Positions 59,937 to 64,000 of a DNA stretch of 64,000 nucleotides are shown one piece after another (position 1 is the stretch's first letter; every line of letters starts with the position of its first letter). The notes under the pieces were generated by a model. That model saw only the letters and a list, made by a program, of their open reading frames with translations. It had not been told where the DNA came from and made no database searches. Both the position numbers and the translations under genes were made by a program. Source of the DNA: Nitrospirota bacterium (GTDB lineage: Bacteria > Nitrospirota > Thermodesulfovibrionia > Thermodesulfovibrionales > Dissulfurispiraceae); contig CAVPZX010000005.1 of NCBI GenBank assembly GCA_963710375.1, forward strand, positions 288,001 through 352,000, in the 5' to 3' direction.

Positions 59937-60104
59937 ATAACTTGTGCGTTCAGGCGCTCAAATTCAGGTCAGATTTGGCTGATCTGACTGAGCAAAAACC
60001 GCAGGCGTAGCATAGCTACGTTGAGGATTTTGCGACTGAGGATCGGGCAAAGATGGCCTAAATCTGAGATGCATCAATGTGCAAGTTATTCATTCGCGTG
60101 CCCT
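59922..60104. mobile_element. 183-bp MITE-like element, family C
   Basis: 23-bp terminal inverted repeat AGGGC(G/A)CGCGAATGAATAACTTG; central CGTAGC-ATA-GCTACG hairpin. Confidence 0.8.
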
Positions 60105-60825
60105 ATTGCGCGCTGAACAACTCAACCTCTCCGCTCTCAATGTGGTATATGCCGGCAACAACCTTAAGGTCTCCTGACTCCATAAGTTTTTTAACTACAG
60201 GGCTTTTCCTAAGCAGGTATTTCTGCTGAAGCAGCACATTTTCCCTGATAGCATTATTAAGAATATCCTCTTTAGTGCCTCCTCTCACGCTCGCTTTTTT
60301 TACAGCAGGCAGTATTTTCCTGAGTATCATAGCGATATTATCTCCGGTTTTCTCTTTTGCCTCGATAGCAGCTGATACTGCACCGCATTTATCGTGTCCC
60401 AGCAGAATGAGAAGGGGCGCATGTAAGTGTTCCGCAGCATATTCGATGCTGCCCACTAAAATTGGATCAAGCACATTGCCTGCGGACCGGACAACAAACA
60501 AAGCACCCAAGCCCTGGTCAAAAATAATTTCAGGGGGTACCCGTGAGTCTGAACAGGTAACGACTATTGCAGAAGGATGCTGTGCCTTTGAGAGTTCTTT
60601 CCTTCTTGTATCACTGGTGTCTTTTGTCGCCAGGCTCCCTGAAATGAACCGCTTGTTACCTTCCAGGAGTTTACTTAAGGCTTCATCCCCTTTTTTAGAG
60701 CCCGTTTCAGGACCCGCAAAGGAAAGACTGAAAGGAGACAGCAGGCAGTAAGAAGTAAGAAGTAAGCAGCAAAAAATCGAAAACAGAACGTTTTTTCTCA
60801 AAATAGTATCAACTCCACACTTCAT
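60103..60825 (-). CDS. Beta-class carbonic anhydrase, probably exported
   Basis: GNKRF, CSDSRV, RSAGN, GHDKCGAV; hydrophobic N-terminus. Confidence 0.92.
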   Translation of the reverse strand: MKCGVDTILRKNVLFSIFCCLLLTSYCLLSPFSLSFAGPETGSKKGDEALSKLLEGNKRFISGSLATKDTSDTRRKELSKAQHPSAIVVTCSDSRVPPEIIFDQGLGALFVVRSAGNVLDPILVGSIEYAAEHLHAPLLILLGHDKCGAVSAAIEAKEKTGDNIAMILRKILPAVKKASVRGGTKEDILNNAIRENVLLQQKYLLRKSPVVKKLMESGDLKVVAGIYHIESGEVELFSAQ

Positions 60826-60863
60826 CGTTTGTCCTCCTCACTGCCTACTGTTTACTGCTTACT
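60740..60863. repeat. Microsatellite hairpin, AGTAAG(A/C) heptamer family
   Basis: AGCAGGC AGTAAGA AGTAAGA AGTAAGC (inside the carbonic anhydrase signal region), then TCACTGCCTACTGTTTACTGCTTACT. Confidence 0.8.
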
Positions 60864-61323
60864 TCTCACTGCTGCTTAGTATCTTATTAATGATTGCGCT
60901 GGTAGATACCCCTGGCAAATATGGGAGACTGTGTGTTTCAGCCACGATATCCGAGCCGACAATATCCTCTTTCTTCCAGTCGCCGCCCTTTACGAGCACA
61001 TCGGGCCTGATGGATTTTATAAGTTCATACGGAGTATCTTCGGGGAAAAGGGTGACAAAATCCACCATTTCGAGCGATGCGATCACTTCGGCCCTCTGCG
61101 ATTCCTCATTGATAGGCCTTTGGGGCTTCAATCGCCTCACTGAAGCATCGGAGTTCAGTCCGACTATGAGAATATCTCCCAGTTTTTTGGCCTCTGTTAA
61201 ATATCGGATGTGCCCAATGTGCAGCAGGTCAAAGCAGCCATTGGTAAAGACAATTTTTTTCCCTTCGGATCTGAGCTTTGCAGCAATTTCTTTAATTTCA
61301 TTCCGTAATCGAACTTTGGACAT
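60859..61323 (-). CDS. rfaE2: D-glycero-beta-D-manno-heptose 1-phosphate adenylyltransferase
   Basis: FTNGCFDLLHIGH, GLNSDASV, VKGGD, STSAII. Confidence 0.94.
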   Translation of the reverse strand: MSKVRLRNEIKEIAAKLRSEGKKIVFTNGCFDLLHIGHIRYLTEAKKLGDILIVGLNSDASVRRLKPQRPINEESQRAEVIASLEMVDFVTLFPEDTPYELIKSIRPDVLVKGGDWKKEDIVGSDIVAETHSLPYLPGVSTSAIINKILSSSEK

Positions 61324-61756
61324 AATTCTCCAGCAGCTCAGCGGCTTTATGAAGTACTTCCCGGTCGCTTTTGTAAGAGAGTTTTTTCATGGCATCATTA
61401 ATGGGGAACCATTGTGCCTCGTCAACCTCCGGGCATTCATTGTCGATGGCTCCGCTGACATATTCCACCAGGAAGTATATGACGGTTTTCCTGCACTTTG
61501 TGTTCTCATTTTTCAGGTAAAACCAGTACGACTTTGTATCGAGCGGACTCACGATTTTACCAGTAAGTCCGGTCTCCTCACGTATTTCCCTTATGGCTGC
61601 GTCCTCGGGTTGTTCCCCCTTGTCGATTATGCCCTTGGGTAGTGTCCATACGGCTTTCCCCTTTGTTGCGATCAGGGCCGCCTCAAAACCCGAGGCTGCT
61701 TTCCTGAAGATGACTCCTCCTGCCGAGTTCAGATATTTCATTGTTGCCGGTCTCAT
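61298..61756 (-). CDS. NUDIX hydrolase
   Basis: SAGGVIF, LPKG....GE....AAIREIREETG. Start is 61756 or 61741. Confidence 0.88.
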   Translation of the reverse strand: MRPATMKYLNSAGGVIFRKAASGFEAALIATKGKAVWTLPKGIIDKGEQPEDAAIREIREETGLTGKIVSPLDTKSYWFYLKNENTKCRKTVIYFLVEYVSGAIDNECPEVDEAQWFPINDAMKKLSYKSDREVLHKAAELLENYVQSSITE

Positions 61757-61769
61757 ATCTTGCCGCCTT

Positions 61770-62852
61770 TCATGGCAGTGGTTTCCCGCTGATGATCCTG
61801 AAGATATCATTATACATTGCGAAGATCATAAGCATAAGCAGAAAGGCGAGCCCGATACGTTGCGCAATAATAAGGGCCTGCTCGCTCAAGGGCTTTTTCC
61901 GTATCGCTTCAAGACCGACAAGGAATATGTGCCCCCCGTCAAGAACAGGAATAGGAAGCAGGTTTAAGATGCCGAGATTAATGCTTATCACCGCGGCAAA
62001 AAAGAAATAGTTTAAGTAGCCTGCGGCTGCTTGTTTTTCAGCTAATTGAAATATAAGAATAGGGCCGCCGATGCTTTCAGCAGGAACTATTCTCTGTATA
62101 AGTTTTATTATGCTGACTACGGTGATAGCCGATATGTCCCACGTCTTCAGGAAAGCATTTTTAAAAGCGTCCGGGATGTTTTCCTTTTCCGTAAATGTCT
62201 CTCCCGAGGGTTTGACTCCTATAAGGCCCACCTTCCGCTCTTCTCCGAACACATCTTTCATCTTTTTGCTTTCGGGGGTTATCGAGATGGGAAGGAGCGC
62301 AGCTTTTCTCTGCACCGTCAGAATCAGGGGCTTTCCGGCGCTGCCTTGAATGATGTCGGTCATCTCAGCCCACTGCTTTACAGGACTGCCGTTGATCGCC
62401 ACAATTTTATCGCCATTCTGCAGCATGGCTTTGGCAGCAGGTGTATCGGGCATCACCTCTCCAATGGTGGGGGACAGTATCGGGACCCCTGCAATAAAAA
62501 CAAGAAAGAAGATAACGACAGCGGTCATAAGGTTGAACACCGGTCCGGCAAGGATAATCAGTACCCGCTTATATGCAGGTTTGTAACGGAATGAACGGTC
62601 CTTCTCCGCAGCCTCTTTATCACCTTCAACTTCTCCGATGTCCTCCTGACCGAGCATTTTTACATAGCCGCCAAGAGGGACAGCCGAGATCACATATTCA
62701 GTCTCCCCAATCTGTTTCCCGATGACCCTGGGCCCGAAACCGAGCGAGAACTTTAGCACCTTGACGCCGCTTAGCTTTGCCAGCAGAAAATGTCCCATTT
62801 CATGTATAAATATGATAGAACCGAATAACAAAATGGCTGAAAGGATGCTCAA
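61770..62852 (-). CDS. rseP: RIP metalloprotease RseP
   Basis: HEMGH, PLGGYVKM, one PDZ domain, NLLPIPVLDGG. Confidence 0.96.
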   Translation of the reverse strand: MSILSAILLFGSIIFIHEMGHFLLAKLSGVKVLKFSLGFGPRVIGKQIGETEYVISAVPLGGYVKMLGQEDIGEVEGDKEAAEKDRSFRYKPAYKRVLIILAGPVFNLMTAVVIFFLVFIAGVPILSPTIGEVMPDTPAAKAMLQNGDKIVAINGSPVKQWAEMTDIIQGSAGKPLILTVQRKAALLPISITPESKKMKDVFGEERKVGLIGVKPSGETFTEKENIPDAFKNAFLKTWDISAITVVSIIKLIQRIVPAESIGGPILIFQLAEKQAAAGYLNYFFFAAVISINLGILNLLPIPVLDGGHIFLVGLEAIRKKPLSEQALIIAQRIGLAFLLMLMIFAMYNDIFRIISGKPLP

Positions 62853-62869
62853 TTAATTCCTCCGGAACA

Positions 62870-64000
62870 CTATAACCCTATTGCCATTTTGCTTTCTTCC
62901 CTCGCCCATCTGTCGGCTTCAAGGATAACGGCAATATCATCGGCAGGCTGTATTTTATGGGATTCCATCACTCTTTTTATTATAGCAGGAATTTTGTTAA
63001 AGCCTATCATACCGTCCAGGAATGCCCTAACAGCGATCTCGTTGGAGGCATTCAGCACTGCCGGCAACGTGCCGCCTTCCTGCAGGGCTGCATAGGCAAA
63101 TGAAAGACAGGCAAACGTCGCAGTATCCGGTTTTTGGAAGGTGAGACCGGGCAGTCTCTCCCACGCGAGGGGTTGCAGGACCGAGCCCAGCCTTTCCGGA
63201 TAGGAAAGGGCATAGGCAATCGGTCCTCTCATGTCCGGCTGAGAAAGTTGGGCCATGTAGCTGCCGTCAGCAAACTCAACAATGGAATGTATGATACTTT
63301 GGGGATGGATAAGCACATCTATTTTATCGAGGGGCAGACCGAAGAGATAAAAGGCCTCGATCACTTCAAGCCCCTTGTTCATGAGGGTGGCTGAATCTAT
63401 GGATATTTTCTGACCCATACTCCAGTTCGGATGTTTCAGCGCGCTGTCAGGTGAAGCAGTTTCTAGCTCCTCTCTCGTCTTGCCGATAAACGGCCCCCCG
63501 GATGCGGTGAGTATTATTTTTTTGACAGAGCTTTTTTCATATCCCTGCATGCACTGGAAGATAGCGCTGTGCTCGCTGTCAACCGGCAGGAGAGTTGTCC
63601 CGTGGACGCGGACCTCTGAAAGCGCAAGGTCGCCGGCCATCACGAGGGTCTCTTTGTTTGCCAGCGCCACTGTCTTTCCCGATCTTATCGCGGCTAGAGT
63701 GGGCAGGAGGCCTGCGGCTCCCACAATAGCGGATATCACAATGTCCGCCTCCGGCATTGAGGCCGTGCTGCTTATACCGTCAATTCCGAAGCGTATCTCG
63801 GGAGCACTATGCCGCCCCAACGACTCACGGAGATCCCAATAGGTCTTCTCATCAGAGACCGCAACTATTTCGGGATGAAACAGATGGATTTGTTCCATGA
63901 GCAGCGCAGCGTTCCTGCCGGCGGTCAAGCCTATAACACTGAAACGGTCGGGAAACTTCGCGATGATATCGAGCGAGTTTTTCCCTATTGAGCCTGTTGA
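62870..64000 (-). CDS. dxr: 1-deoxy-D-xylulose 5-phosphate reductoisomerase (5' end outside the window)
   Basis: STGSIG at the window edge, LANKE, PVDSEH, HPNWSMG.KISIDSA, NASNE. Confidence 0.97.
   Translation of the reverse strand, partial: STGSIGKNSLDIIAKFPDRFSVIGLTAGRNAALLMEQIHLFHPEIVAVSDEKTYWDLRESLGRHSAPEIRFGIDGISSTASMPEADIVISAIVGAAGLLPTLAAIRSGKTVALANKETLVMAGDLALSEVRVHGTTLLPVDSEHSAIFQCMQGYEKSSVKKIILTASGGPFIGKTREELETASPDSALKHPNWSMGQKISIDSATLMNKGLEVIEAFYLFGLPLDKIDVLIHPQSIIHSIVEFADGSYMAQLSQPDMRGPIAYALSYPERLGSVLQPLAWERLPGLTFQKPDTATFACLSFAYAALQEGGTLPAVLNASNEIAVRAFLDGMIGFNKIPAIIKRVMESHKIQPADDIAVILEADRWAREESKMAIGL

Noticed and set aside
60890..61642. 250-aa plus-strand ORF and the other antisense or overlapping ORFs in the track
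   Set aside because: They are shadows of well-supported genes on the other strand or frame and show no recognisable motifs.

Overview
This 64 kb bacterial window looks like an anaerobic Gram-negative organism, possibly Nitrospirota or Desulfobacterota; that placement is inference only. About 50 kb is cell-surface polysaccharide biosynthesis. Cluster 1 (1-30 kb) holds a UbiA/DprE1/DprE2/HAD lipid-linked pentofuranose module, GtrA/GtrB, a GH99-like/coiled-coil/GT2-GT2 protein, a GT-C-like membrane protein, wzm/wzt, GT2s and wbaP. It is interrupted by three toxin-antitoxin pairs, gene remnants and an Ig-repeat/DUF3443-like gene. Cluster 2 (35.8-53 kb) starts with a NusG paralogue and runs algC, manC, ugd, uxs, wzx, GT4s, rmlACDB and a second wbaP. 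Housekeeping genes are rmuC, trpEGD, tRNA-Gly/Cys, csp, mfd, an octaheme cytochrome c, a beta-carbonic anhydrase, rfaE2, rseP and dxr. The most unusual signal is about 15 dispersed 'microsatellite hairpins': a purine-rich tandem 6-8-mer arm, a short spacer, then a complementary pyrimidine-rich arm. They fall into about six unit families and lie at gene junctions and inside genes (trpE, manC, rmuC, carbonic anhydrase). One set of arms encloses a four-helix-bundle (IVS-protein/Avd-like) gene, and two copies share a conserved spacer in inverted orientation around wbaP. There are also five MITE-like elements of about 180-205 bp. At least seven frameshifts, mostly +1 in short homopolymers, may be sequencing errors. 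All calls come from reading motifs by eye; no database search was run.
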